Source: Vicugna vicugna
Lineage: Eukaryota
Length of the DNA stretch: 64,000 nucleotides
Direction: 5' to 3'
NCBI GenBank assembly: GCA_013265495.1
Contig: MU058584.1
Location: 4,656,508 to 4,720,507, forward strand
The notes under the pieces were generated by a model. It ran no database searches. It worked only from the letters and a program-made list of their open reading frames with translations, and had not been told where the DNA came from. The stretch's first letter is position 1; each line of letters starts with the position of its first letter. Both the position numbers and the translations under genes were made by a program. Below are positions 37,930 to 50,679 of this stretch, one piece after another.

Positions 37930-38720
37930 AGATCACGTGGGACTCACCTTCTCCAACACTGGAGTCCGTTAAAATGCCGCGCCATCCAATGAGTTCAGGG
38001 GGCGGTGCGCCCCTGACCACACCCTCTGCTGCGGAAGCCTCGCCCTCAGCAACTTCTCCCCTCCTTTACTCTGGTGCGTCGTGACGTAAGACGTGGGTCA
38101 CACAATATTGGCAACTGGGCCCGGAAGCAAAAGGCCGAGGGGCGGAGAAGAAGGCGGAAAGGAGGGCTCGCGTCCGGGTCGGCCGGCAGGGGGCGGGGCG
38201 GGGCCGGGCATGGTAACGGCTCGGAAGCCGAGGGGGCTGGGCCGGAGGGAGGCGGAGGGACCGGTGTCGGCCGCCGCTGGCGCTGCCGCCGCTGCTTCAG
38301 TCTGTTCCCTGTGGCCCACGCGGGCCCCGTCGCGGCCATGATGATCCACGGCTTCCAGAGCAGCCACCAGGACTTCTCCTTCGGGCCCTGGAAGCTGACG
38401 GCGTCCAAGACCCACATCATGAAGTCAGCGGATGTGGAGAAGTGAGACTCCGGGGCTGGGATCGGGCGCGGGCGCGGGCGCGGGCCGGGGAGCTGGGCCT
38501 GGGCGGGAGGCAGGGCGAGCTCCGCGCAGCCCCAGCCCTTCTGGGACGGAGGCTGGGTCCCTCCGGACCGGACCTTTGAATGACAACACCAGGGAATATT
38601 CCTGTTACCACCGCCTGTCCTTCGGTTCGGGTTCTTCAGGAACAGCCTTCGTGAAATTGTCACTCCGCCTGGGTTTGAGCAGAGCGTGACTCTTCCTGTG
38701 AACTTTGCCCTCCCGTAGGT
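37930..38720 (+). promoter_or_regulatory. TIPRL: CpG-island promoter and 5' UTR of TIPRL
   Basis: High GC/CpG; E-box CACGTG 37934, CCAAT 37986, CRE-like TGACGTAA 38082, ETS CCGGAAG 38121, tandem GC boxes ~38189-38204; no obvious TATA box. Confidence 0.88.
38338..38441 (+). CDS. TIPRL: TIPRL coding exon 1 (104 nt)
   Basis: GCC-ATG-ATG start; translates [34 protein letters not shown](K), the recognisable TIP41-like N-terminus; GTGAGA donor at 38442; inside a CpG island. Confidence 0.97.
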
Positions 38721-38839
38721 CTCTACCTGCCCCAACCTGCGCCACCTTTAGACTCTTTCTTTCTGGATGTCTCTGACCTGTGTTTTTTTTGGGGGGGAGG
38801 GGGGTGGTGGTAATAACGGCGATGATATAAATGCTTGGT

Positions 38840-39880
38840 TTTTAGCATGTCAGGTGCTGTGCCAGGCATTTGAGATGCAGAAGACGAAAGATAGCCTCAA
38901 GAATTCAGTCTTCTGAGAGAGACAGACAATTACAATACGGTGTGAATTGATAGACGTGTATGTGCAGGGTTATTTGAGATTGTTTAGGGGAACAAGGCGT
39001 CCGGGAAATTGGGATGACTGAACTGGATCTTGATAAAGTCGGTAGGATGGGGGTGGTAGTGGGGGCATGTGTAAAGCCGGAAGGCCAGGGAGAGTGACAG
39101 CTGTGATGCGTTTGTGATGCCTGAACTGAATCTTGACAAAGTTTCAGGGGGAGGGGGTCAGGGGGTACGTGTCAAGCTGGGAGGTCAGAGAGAGTGGGTG
39201 GGAGCCTTGGAGAACTGTTTCTGTGTGATTGGAGCGTGAGGTATCAGAGGGGGAGTATTATAGTGATGATAAGCAAGTCACGTAGGCCCCTGGGGAGCGG
39301 AGATACCACTGAGAGAACTTTTATGCCAGGCCAAGGAATTTTGAATTTTATATGACTTCCACAGGGTGTCATTTTATAGAAAGGAGCGACATTATAAGAT
39401 GTGCACTCTGAAAGATTTCTCTGGGGATGATTTGGAGAATGGATTGGAGGGCTGCAGGACTGGATAAGGAGGAGGAAGGAAAAAGGAATCTATACTATTG
39501 GCAGTCTTTCTGACTTCGGGTATTGCATGGAAAGCATTGCGGTTGGATAAAGTGGGGAACCCAGGAGGAGGAGCAGATTGGGGGCAGGTGTTGGATAGAG
39601 GATGAGTTTAGTTTGTTGAAATGTGAGTTGTATGTGGGTTATAAACTGGAGATTTGGATATATCTAACTTGGACCTTAAAAAAGGTAATTTGTCTGTGGA
39701 TTTACATTTGGGAACCTTCAGTTTATAGTTGATACCTGGAACCTTGGGAGTTAATTAAGATCATCTAGAAGTTATCCAGAAGAAAAGGGAAAGGTCATGA
39801 GATGGAACCCTAGGAAGCACTGGTATTTTAAGATTTAGGCAGAGGTAAGTGACCAAGGAAGAGAGGAGAGTCATGAAAGG
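38840..39880 (+). mobile_element. Degraded L2 in TIPRL intron 1
   Basis: tgtcaggtgctgtgccaggca..gccaggccaaggaattttgaatttta..gatgagtttagtttg..gagatggaaccctaggaagcac. Confidence 0.65.
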
Positions 39881-40289
39881 ATGACGAACTTCCTAATTTA
39901 AAAATCAAAAAAGTGACATTCTTGCAGAGTCACTAAAAATTAAGAAAATACAGAAAGGGGAAAAAATTCCCTTTATTTCACCACAGATTGAGGAGTTATT
40001 CAGTTTTCCTCTCCTTATAACTTTCTCTGTTACATATTGCACTGTATATAATTGTACTGTATATAAAATAGTCAGCTTCAAATTGTGGTTACCTGTACAA
40101 TTTACTTACAGACTCTCCAAGAGGTGCTAGATGCATGGAGAGGTTTAAAGGAATCAAATTCCAGATCTTCAGTTTCTTTATTATTTATAAAATAGATCTA
40201 CCTGAGTGTACTTAGTCCTCCTTTCTTATGACGAAAGAAAGGCTTATCCTCCCCCATCCTAAATTTCTCCATGATACCTTGCCCTAAGG

Positions 40290-40705
40290 TATTTTGTTTT
40301 ATTGTGTTAAGAACACTTAATATGAGCTCTACCCTCCTAACAAGGTTGTAAGTGTACAATACGTTATTACTGACTGTAGGTAAAGCGTTGTGCAGTAGAT
40401 TTCTAGAGCTTATCTTGCTTGACTGAAACTTTATGTCTGTTGATTAATAACTCATTTCTCGCTTCCCTTTAGCAACCATTTCACTCTTTGATTCTATTAA
40501 TTTGACTATTTTGGATATGTCATATAGGCAAAATCATGTGGTATCTGTCTTTCTGTGACTGGTTTATTTAACTTAGGATAATGTCCTAAAGGTTCATCTG
40601 TATTGTCACATACTGCAGAATTTCCTTCTTTTTTAAGGCTGCATAGTATTCCATCGTATGTATAAACCACGTTTTCTTTATCCATTTATCTGTTTATGGA
40701 CATTT
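40290..40705 (-). mobile_element. L1 3' end, antisense in TIPRL intron 1
   Basis: taagaacacttaatatgagctctaccctc..tctttctgtgactggtttatttaacttag..ggctgcatagtattccat. Confidence 0.78.
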
Positions 40706-43199
40706 GCATGGTAGTGTCGATCTTTCGATTTTAATATTTTCTATTTCCTAATAACAAAAAAAATGTAAATTTATAATGAAATTTAAAGTTATTAGATATC
40801 ATCCTAAAGATGTGCAACTTAAAATGTTAGATCACTGATATGTGCACATATACATAAGCACACAGGTGTAATAAACATAGAGTGTGTCTGGTTTTTTTCT
40901 TTACTGTTGTATCATAAGCATTTTTCTACATTATTATATCCTCCCTTTAAACATTTTTAATGATTCATAGTATTTCATACAGATATACTATAGTTTACAT
41001 AATCATTTATTTCCTTATAATTAGACATTCAGAGTATTTCTTTTTCACTATTAAAAATAAGATGATTATGAGTATTAATGTGTATAGTTGTGTTTTTTTC
41101 CTGCACTGGAGATTTTTTTCTTTTTTTTTTTAATTTTTTTTCAGAGGGGAAGATAGGAGATTATTTCTTTATTACAGATTTCCCAAAGCTGATATTTTGA
41201 GTCAAAGAATATAAATTTGATTAAAGTCTTGGTACTTTGTTCTTAATTTTTGCCGCAGGGTGAAATGTAAATTGATGCAATCAAAATCCTGGTGAGCAGG
41301 TGCTGGTTTCCCTCATCAGTGTGGGTGCTTCTGCTTTCTTTATCACCACCTTTTTAAACTTGCAACAAGTTGAGAATTTTACTGGAAATTGTGTTTACCT
41401 AGAAGAAACAGGATCTTCAATTACTATCTTTTCTTCATGGCTATAATTAATATAATTGTTGTGTTAGAACAAAAATTTCACCAGGATAGGAAGCTTATGG
41501 AAACATGGGCTTATGGTGCTTTAAGTCCTCTCCTGGGCCGTCATAATGGAATTGGAATTCATCTTTATTCTTGAAAGTTGTGCGGCTTTGATGACCCAAG
41601 AATGAAATAGATGTTTCTAATAAGAATCAATATATTTTTCCATTTAAAGCTTAAATATTTTAATTGGTTTATGCAGGTTTTTTTGCTTGTTTTTAATATA
41701 TGTACAAGGCTAGATAGGTGTGTCTAATTGGAAATAGATTTAAAGCAATTGGAAAGAGGATAACTGTGGTTCTGGGATACGCATAGATCCTTTGTTAGCT
41801 TTATATAAGAATATATTCTTTAATAAAGTATTTTACCTTACCTAACAAGTATAGCTATGTAGCTGTTCAAAAATCTAGAAATCTTAGGAAAGAAAAAGGA
41901 AAAGAAAGCCTTTGAATCTGCTTCAGTAGCTATCATAGATCAGTTGCACTAGAATCCTGTACTTTGTTCAGACTCCTGTAGAACTTCACTCAAAGCATAT
42001 TTAAACTTTTGACTCTTTGTCTATTTTATGATTATAACTATACTGGAAATGTAAGGAAGGAAAAAGGTTCCCTACAGTCTCTTTGCCCTAGTAAATGAAT
42101 TATTATTGTTTTTCATGTTCTCTGTTTACTCATTATGCAATTTTAAGAAATGTGATTGTTTGCTTTTCCAGCCTATGTTAGATTAGAAGTCAAATAAAAT
42201 GGGATGAGGGTGTGTCTAGAGCAGCTGGAGATAAAGATACTCAATTGAACTTGAAGACATTGTCTGACAAGATTGTTAAATGTAATGATCTCTGATCATC
42301 AAGAAAAGGTAAAATAGCACTTTGTATTTTCTGTGTAAGAACACAGAGAAGTCTATAATACATTTTGAAAGTTTTCCAGTCAATAAAATAAAAAAAAATG
42401 GTACGTAAGTTAACTGGAAAGTCACTTCCATGGAACTTCTGTGTTAATTATGCTTTCAGGTTGCAAGGAATGGAGACCCTCCCAGTTTGCCTCAAGGGGT
42501 GAGAATTTAATAATACATGAGGAAATAATTAAACGCAGGAATTAGCTCAGAAAATGAACAGCAATTCTTGTGGCCCCAACTATTATAGAAGTCTCTACTC
42601 TTAGAGACTTATTTCTTAGTCTTATTTCTCAGTCTCTGCTTTGCTCTGTCTGCTTCTCTGCTGTTACTTAAGATTTTCACTCTCTCTTCCTTTTTACCTC
42701 ATGGCTCTATGTCATGCCATGTCTCTTGGTCTATGCTTCATTTAACTGTCATTCAGAGTTATGAAAAGAGAGATCAGAGTAAGTTTAATTGGCCATTATT
42801 CAATTTGGCATGATTGTATTGGGCAGAGTTCTCAGGCTAAAATTCAGGGGCTCCTGGCAACACGTAGATAATTGCCTTCGGTTGAGAAGCTGAACTTTCA
42901 TCTCTAAATTGAAAGTCCTGGTCATAACTGAGGGGATAGGGTCATAAGGCATGGCAACCTGTGCGTAGAGCTACTTTTTTTGAAGTAACTAGCAGCCACT
43001 TTAAAATCTTCATACCAAGGGTTATAAGAGAGAATGGATGATGAAAGCATTTATAAACTTTACAAATCTATCATATTATTAAAACATATATTAGTTAACT
43101 CATTTAGGAGTAGGAGATATTCTGTGGGGATCAAAAGGAAACAAAAGTGCCAACCAACAGTGATGTAAAATAATCCTGCTGACTTTTGGTTCTGCATAG

Positions 43200-43379
43200 G
43201 TTAGCTGATGAATTGCATATGCCATCTCTCCCTGAAATGATGTTTGGAGACAATGTTTTAAGGATCCAGCATGGCTCTGGCTTTGGGATTGAGTTCAATG
43301 CTACAGATGCATTAAGATGTGTGAACAACTACCAAGGAATGCTTAAAGTGGCCTGTGCTGAAGAGTGGCAGGAAAGCAG
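43200..43379 (+). CDS. TIPRL: TIPRL coding exon 2 (180 nt)
   Basis: Acceptor tctgcatAG (43198-43199); [59 protein letters not shown](R); donor GTGAGA at 43380; phase 2-2 fits the neighbouring exons. Confidence 0.97.
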
Positions 43380-44061
43380 GTGAGAATCTAAGCAGTTAAA
43401 GGTTAAACAAAAAAGAAGAGTTGAACAGATATTCAGTTGTGACATGTGTGTTTTATTAGAATGAAGGACTGATACTATTTTTAAACTTGATCGTTGGATC
43501 ATTCTAGAGTTCATTTTTCTCATCCATAAAATAGAGGTTAGTTGCCCCACTCTTGAATACTTCTTCAATTAAACTGAATTACAATTGAGTTGAGCTATGT
43601 AGTGCTTACTTTTCTGAGCTTTCAGTGCTCTTTAGTGAAGAGACATTACACTGTGTACTTTAATGTTCCTGTTTTTGAAGAAAAATGTTTACTTACGATT
43701 TGCATTGAAAATTAGAGAAGCATTGAATTAAGAAAAATGTGTTTTCTTTTATAATCAGATCAGCAGTTATTTACTTTGTGCCTAGTATGTACTAGATTCT
43801 TTGAAAAAAGTGTAAGCCTTTAAACCATGTCCTCAGGCACTGTACAGACTAGTTGGAGAGACTACATTAGTATATGACAAATTAAATAACAATAAATGTC
43901 CAAAAAACCTAACAAAGATCTTGTATAAGTGAATTATGAAGCATATGTCTTTAGTAGGATATTTTATATTATTTGTAGAATGTCATTTGGTGTGTTACAT
44001 GTATACAGATGATCTATATTCTGCATCACTGAACCTGATCCTTCTCATTTTGGTATTTGAG

Positions 44062-44161
44062 GACGGAGGGTGAACACTCCAAGGAGGTTATTAAACCATA
44101 TGATTGGACCTATACAACAGATTACAAGGGAACATTACTTGGAGAATCACTTAAGTTAAAG
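44062..44161 (+). CDS. TIPRL: TIPRL coding exon 3 (100 nt)
   Basis: Acceptor tatttgAG (44060-44061); (R)[33 protein letters not shown], containing the TIP41 PYDWTYTT motif; donor GTAAAT at 44162. Confidence 0.96.
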
Positions 44162-46569
44162 GTAAATCTTATTTTTTGTTTTTATGAGTCATTGATGGTC
44201 TTGGACAGTCTGAGAGTGAGAACTTTCTAGCAATGGGTTGTTTTTCGCGGCTGCTTTCATGCTGCGTGTTCTGTCATGGGAGGCTTCAGAACCTAATGGG
44301 AAGGGATCTTGCCTGTTGATTATCAGCACAAAATAAAGGAAGGCCGTAGTGAAACAATTTTTATTAAAAATGTGATTGGGAGCAATGGCAGACTGCCTTA
44401 ATGTTATCATTATCACTGTCAAGAAGCATTAATATTTATATCTGGTTTTGGTGTAGTGTGTTAGGTGATTTAGACAGAACCGGCTAGCTAGTAGCTTACA
44501 ATGTTACAGATAAAGATAGTGTGGGCAGGTAGAACTTCTGGTCAGACAACTTAGGTTTTTGTCTCGCCTGTGCTATGTGTGAACCTGGTATGACTTTAAG
44601 CAAATTACTTAATCTGTCTGATTCTGTTTTATCAGTAAGTTGGATAAACAGAAATATCTACCTCACAGCAGAGTTTTGGTATGAGATAATCTATAGGAAA
44701 GCTGTCAATAAAGTCTGAAGTTCTGTGTTAATGTTCAGTTGTGTCTGTGTAAACCCTGCTTAGCAAGAGATTCACTTCATGGTAATGACACTAGGAAGGG
44801 GAGTTGATAGTTCTTATATGTGGAGCCATGGATGCGGCAGAGAACACACAGAAATCCCTCCATTACAGTCTAGCGCAGGAGAAAGGTTATTGCAGTCTGT
44901 TAGTACTTCATAGATTAATTTCTCTTTTCACTCCTGATTGAAAAACTTTGCAGAGTGTGTAGGCCATCTGATATTTCATTGTAAGGAGTGAGGAAGTGGG
45001 AGCTTGTTTTAACCCTGTGCAGTAATGATGATGGCTTACCTTGTGGGCTGACTTACAGAAAGCCTCCTGGAGGCTAGGAAGTAGCATTAGCTGTGACCAA
45101 GGAGCAGGATCCACGGCAGGAGAGGTGGGGACTGTGAGAGTAGCAGGAGGTGACAGGCGTGTGCTCAGTACTCTTTATTGACACTTCAGCCTGTTGTGTA
45201 ACTTGTTCTGAGGTGTTGCTGACAAATGTCAACGTGATAAACCACTCACTAGTGGTGAGGAGCTCAGGCTTTGGTGGACCTGCGTTCAAATTCCAGCACC
45301 ATCACCTAACAGCTTGGAAAAGCAATTTAATCTTTGTTAAGCCTTGTTTCTCACTTTGGTAAACTTGGGATAAGATCAGCTGAGATGGTAAATAAAATTA
45401 TATGTGTTAAGTGTTTAGAGTACAGTGTCAACACAAGGGGATCTCAATATATGGCAGCTGCCTTTATTATGATAATATCATATCCCAAATACCAAGGGGA
45501 CTAAGTTAATATTATTGAAATACCAAGAATAAAAGTTGTCATATTGTTTAAGTAGTATTTACTCTTCCTTTATGGTCTAAACAGAGTTGATGAATATGTT
45601 CCTTTATTGCCTTAAAAAAATGGAGTGACCATTTTCCAGGCAAAATTGTTAGGATTTTGTTGCTTAATCCTCAAAATAACCTTGTAGGATAGGCATTATT
45701 ATTATCATTTTGTAGATGAAGAAATGGGTTCAAGATCATAAAGTATGCATCTCTTAGTGACGTAACACCAGTGCTATAGTTTATTGTTAAGCACATTTGT
45801 TACACGTGGAAGATCAATTTCATAAGAAATTTTTCACATTTACCCTTTTTCCCCCAATACTTAAGGTTTTTTTTGAACTATAATATTACTTGGGGTTGAA
45901 AATTATTTAATCCTTCAGCTCTTCCTCAAAACACTATTCAGAAGCCCTGGTATGTATAGGGTGTGTATGCCTGTGAAGGAAAATATATTTTATATGTACA
46001 GTAAGAATATCAGAGAATGAGGCATTAGAATGAGGCCTTTCCTTTGTCCTTAAATTCTTGCTTTTTGGTTGCTGGGGGCTGGTGTGTGTGTGTGTGTGTA
46101 ATGTTTTCTTAATCTTCTCGATCGTTTAACCTATTACTCTGAGTTGTAGCATGGTGTAAGAGAAGAGAGCCAGTCACAGAGTTGTAGTGACCTGGCTGGG
46201 TTCATACCCAGCCTTGCCATTTATCGTCTGGGCCACCATAGGCACTTCTCGTAAGATTATAGTATGAGAGTGTTATGAGAAAACAGGTTAAATGCCTAAT
46301 ACGTACCTGGGCAATAGTAACTTATCAGCATTTGGCTGTTTTCTTCCTTCTTATTATATAAATAAATTGACTCTATAGGAGAATAGAAGTGGAAGACTGT
46401 CTCTCCTATTTTTCTGCCTTTTAGGAATAAAACATGCTTAGTGTCCATGCATTTAGAAAAGCTTTTTTTTTTAAAGCACGTTGGAACATTTGCACAACAC
46501 ATTCAGTGTGATTCAGTGTCTTAAGCTTTCTTTTTTCCTTTTTTTTTTTCCATTGTGATTAAAAAAACC

Positions 46570-47292
46570 ACATAACTCCTTTTTAGGGCTGAGTAATATT
46601 CCATTGTCTATATACCACATTTTGTTTTTCCATGCATTTGTCAATGAGCATTTGGGTTACTTCTGTCTCTTGGCTGTGCTGCAGTGAACACAGGTGTACA
46701 AATATCTCTTCAAAATTCTGCTTTCAGTTCTTTTGGGTATATACTCAGAAGGGGAATTGCTGGATCATATGAAAAATTTATTTTTAATTCTTTGAGGAAC
46801 CTCCATACTGTTTTTCACAGTGCTGCACCATTTTACATTCCCATCAACAGTATATAAGAGGTTTTGATTTGCATTTCCCTAATGATTAGTGATGTTGAGC
46901 ATCTTTTCATATGCTTATTGGCCATTTGCATATTATCTTTAATATTTTGAGCCTTTAAAAGTAAATTTAGGGGGGAAATATGCTGACATAAACACTGGAA
47001 ATGAAATGAATGGAGTTTGTAAGATGACAGGCAAAAAGAACTACGTATAAGTACTGTATGCCAGTTGATAGTTGTTTTTCACAAGTACAGGTTAACAATT
47101 CTGATACCGTTCCAATTTTGCAAGATGGAAAAGCTTTAGAGATCTGACCACAGTGTGAATATAGTTAACACTACTGAACTGTACACTTAAAAATGTTTAA
47201 GATGGTAGATTTCTTGTTATGTATTTTTTTGCTACCAATTAAAAAAAAAGTTAAATATGGGTACCATATAACCCAGCAATACCACTCCTAGG

Positions 47293-47325
<33 letters not shown>

Positions 47326-47790
47326 ATACATACATATACCTAAAAACTTATACATGAATGTTGATAGCTACATTATTTGTAATAGTTAAAATGTGGAAGC
47401 CACCCAAATGTTCATTGATGGATAAACATAACAGGTATCTAGACAGTGGAATATTATTTAGTCTTGAAAAAGGAGCGGAGCACCAATATATGCTACAACC
47501 TTGGAAACATTATGCTAAGTGAAAGAAGCTGGACACAAAAGGTGCATGAATATGATTCCAGAATGATTTGCAGAACAGGCAAATCTATAGAACTAGAAAT
47601 TAGGATACTGGCTTCCAGGGGCAAGGGGAAGGGAGGGTGGAGAGTGACTGCTAATGGGTATGGTGGTTTCTTTTTGAGTTTAGATAATGGTGATGACTGT
47701 ACAGTCTTGTGAATATACTAAAAACCACTAAATTATACACTTTAAAAAGTGAATTATATAGTATGGGAGTTGTATCTCCATTTTTTTTTA
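46570..47790. mobile_element. Cluster of old L1 fragments in both orientations, with a (TA)n tract at ~47293-47316
   Basis: Antisense L1 46575-46935 (ggctgagtaatattccattgt..gaggaacctccatactgtttt); sense L1 3' ends at 47115-47249 and 47250-47780. Confidence 0.75.
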
Positions 47791-48489
47791 AAGAAAGAAG
47801 TGATTATAAAACACAGCAATTTCACTTTATGTTCCTAATAGGATGTGTATGCCCACACACACACTCTGTTTTCAGTAATTTTTTAAAAGGAAATGTGACA
47901 TAGGATTCTTAGCATTTGTTGTTGATTAACTTTATATGATAAATTTAAAAATATTTATATCAGGTAGTTTCCTTATGATAAGCCTCCATATGATATGAGG
48001 GCAGTTCCATTTGAAAGATGTGACCAAGACTCCTTTTCCTTGTAAGGTATCAAGAATATTTGTATTGCTCCATATATTTTTAAAAATTGTGAAATAACTT
48101 CGAAAAGTTGGTAAAACATGAAGGTACAGTTTAATGAATTGTGAAATGTAACCACCCAGGAAAAGAAATAGAACATTGCAAGCACCCCCCAGCAGGACCT
48201 TTCCTGATCATAATGCTTCTAAGAAAATATTCCCTAGTATCTTTTGAAATTTTCAACCTTAGCTTTTATTTCCTTGAAACTAGCGCGCATTGTTGTTTTA
48301 CAGCTTGGGCCTCGTATTTTCAATATTGTCTTTTATTGTCTTGTTATTTCTTGTTGGTTCTGGTTTATGGCGTCTAGGCTCCTAATATGCCTTCTTATTT
48401 TTCTTCCAACCCCAGGATGATTCTGGTTTCCTGCAGAGAGGATTTTTGTGTATTTTTGAGAGGCACTTGAGGACATTCATAGTCAAGGG

Positions 48490-48822
48490 CATAGGTCTGC
48501 AAACTTCTTCTGTACAGGACCAGATAGTAAGTGTTGCAGGCTTTGAGGACCATAGTGTTTATGTTGTAGTTACTCATCTGTGCTGTTGTAGCTGAAAGCA
48601 GACACGGACAATATGCATACGAATGGGCACAGCTGTGTTTCAGTAAAATTTTATTTATGGACATGGCAATTTAAATTTCATGTGACTTTTATGTATCCTG
48701 AAATATTATTTAAAAAATTTCCCCCCAATCATTTGAAAAATATAAAAACGGTTCTCAGGTTTCAGTTCATACAAAAATAGGTGGGGCCACATTTGGCCTG
48801 CAAGTCTTAGTTTGCTAACCTC
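48490..48822 (+). mobile_element. hAT-Charlie MITE, MER58B-like
   Basis: ggtctgcaaacttcttctgtacaggaccagatagtaa ... gggccacatttggcctgcaagtcttagtttgctaacctc with degenerate terminal inverted repeats. Confidence 0.75.
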
Positions 48823-50679
48823 CAGTCTGGAACCAGATTTGTGATTTAGTAGGCCTCTAATATAAGAAGGTGTGAAACCAGTGAAGTACTTTAGAGTGTC
48901 ATCCCCAAATTGAGAGTGGGACAGGGAATTCGCCAAGGTCTTTGCCCTTAGTGAACACTGAGCAGTGGTGGCAGCAAAAGCTAGCAGAGCCTAGCCTCTC
49001 GTTCGCATCAGCCCTTGGCTGATGCTTCAAGGCCAAAGCCAGCCAACTATAGGCTCACTTTCACTTTTCTGGGCTCCAGTCCTCTTCCAAATCGCAGTCC
49101 AGTCATTCTTTAGTGCCTAGATATATGATGCTTTTAAGAAGTTTTTGTTTTTCCATCCAGCATTTAAAAATTGTCTTCAGCAGGAGGGTTTGTCCAGGTT
49201 ACTAATTTTGACAATGATGGAAGCTTTAAAAGTTTTCAGTGTGTCTTAAGTTTAACTGTTTTTTTTGTTTTGTTTTGTTTTGTTTTTTGCTTTTATGTTT
49301 GTTTTTTCCACTTTTCAGATGCTCAAGTTCAGGGAGGAGATAAGTGGGGTTGAGGAAGAGAGATGGATGAGAAATAAAAACTTTATGCATAATTATCCTT
49401 GTAAATCAAAAAAACAGTATATAGATAAGCTAATATAATGAATTTCCCTAATCCATGTGTTATCTAATTATTTTTTCTTTTTCTTTCAAACATTTTATAA
49501 GAACAAGTAAATGGCAAAACTGACAGATTCATGTTCACCAGCCACCTGCTGAAGGCACATATGACATATTAGTGAAGTAGCCATTTACTAATGAGAAAAT
49601 CATGTAATGATTAATTTTTTGGAAGTCAAGTGTGTCTATAAGGAGAATCTTTCAAATGTGTTCCTTTGAACTAAAATAAAATAAAAAATAAGGAATTCAG
49701 AAGCTGTGTTTATTTAGTACTATCAGAAGTTTTATGCCCTTAGGCAATCCTAGAGGCACCAACATTGGTCTTAAACAGATCACAAACATGCCAGTGATGT
49801 GGGGGGCTGGCTATATGCTGCCCTAACCCTACCCCTCACCTTCCTTCCCCTCCCAGTGGCAGCTTCACTTGTGGTCTCATGTCTGCTCTAAGTACATGTT
49901 GGAATACAGTTGCCGAGGGCTAAAGTGTCATCTAAAATGTAGGTGAAAGTGCAGGAACTATGGACATTTTTTTTTTTTTACCTCTTGGGAATCATATACA
50001 AGCTGCTAGTTTCTTTCATAGCAGCCACCCACCCTCCTCCCAAATCACTCAATACTCTTAGACCATTTTCCCACAAAATCTGTGTAATCTCTTGAACATC
50101 CTATTATCATATTCTTCTAATTCTTGCCCAGTTTTCTCAAACTACTCTCCATGTCTTAATTCTTTCCATGAGTCAAACACATGATCTAATCACAGCTACT
50201 AAGTGAAGTGAAATAATGGCTACCATTTACTGAACACTCATGGTTTAACAAGCATTGTTGTTTATTTATGATACAACTATGTTAAAGAATAGAAAAGCTG
50301 AACATTTTGTAGTGAAATTGGATATAGTAAAGAATGATACCACAAATCATACTTTCACACTACTACTAGGAGACATTTGCATTTAGGGAGCTACTGATGT
50401 GACCAACCTTGATACTGTTGCTGCTTTTGTTGGGTTTTGTAAATATGTGTCTGGGAGCTGCAAAGTAATACATTGAAAAATTGCCAGTATCCTCTAAAGC
50501 CCTTAGGAATGCTAGGAGTTTCCCCTCAAAATTTCTCTAAAAGTTCTTATTTACCTCATTATTTAAAACACTTTATTTGTTAGGTTGGGGAATCTAAAAT
50601 ATATAATGTCATTCTAATGGGAAAAATTTTTTAAGTTCCAAATGAATGTCCTAAAAGATTTTTTACAGCATGAAACTGC

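Noticed and set aside
38046..38735. 229-aa minus-strand ORF across the TIPRL promoter and exon 1
   Set aside because: Non-ATG start, GC-rich, antisense to a real exon; no recognisable homology.
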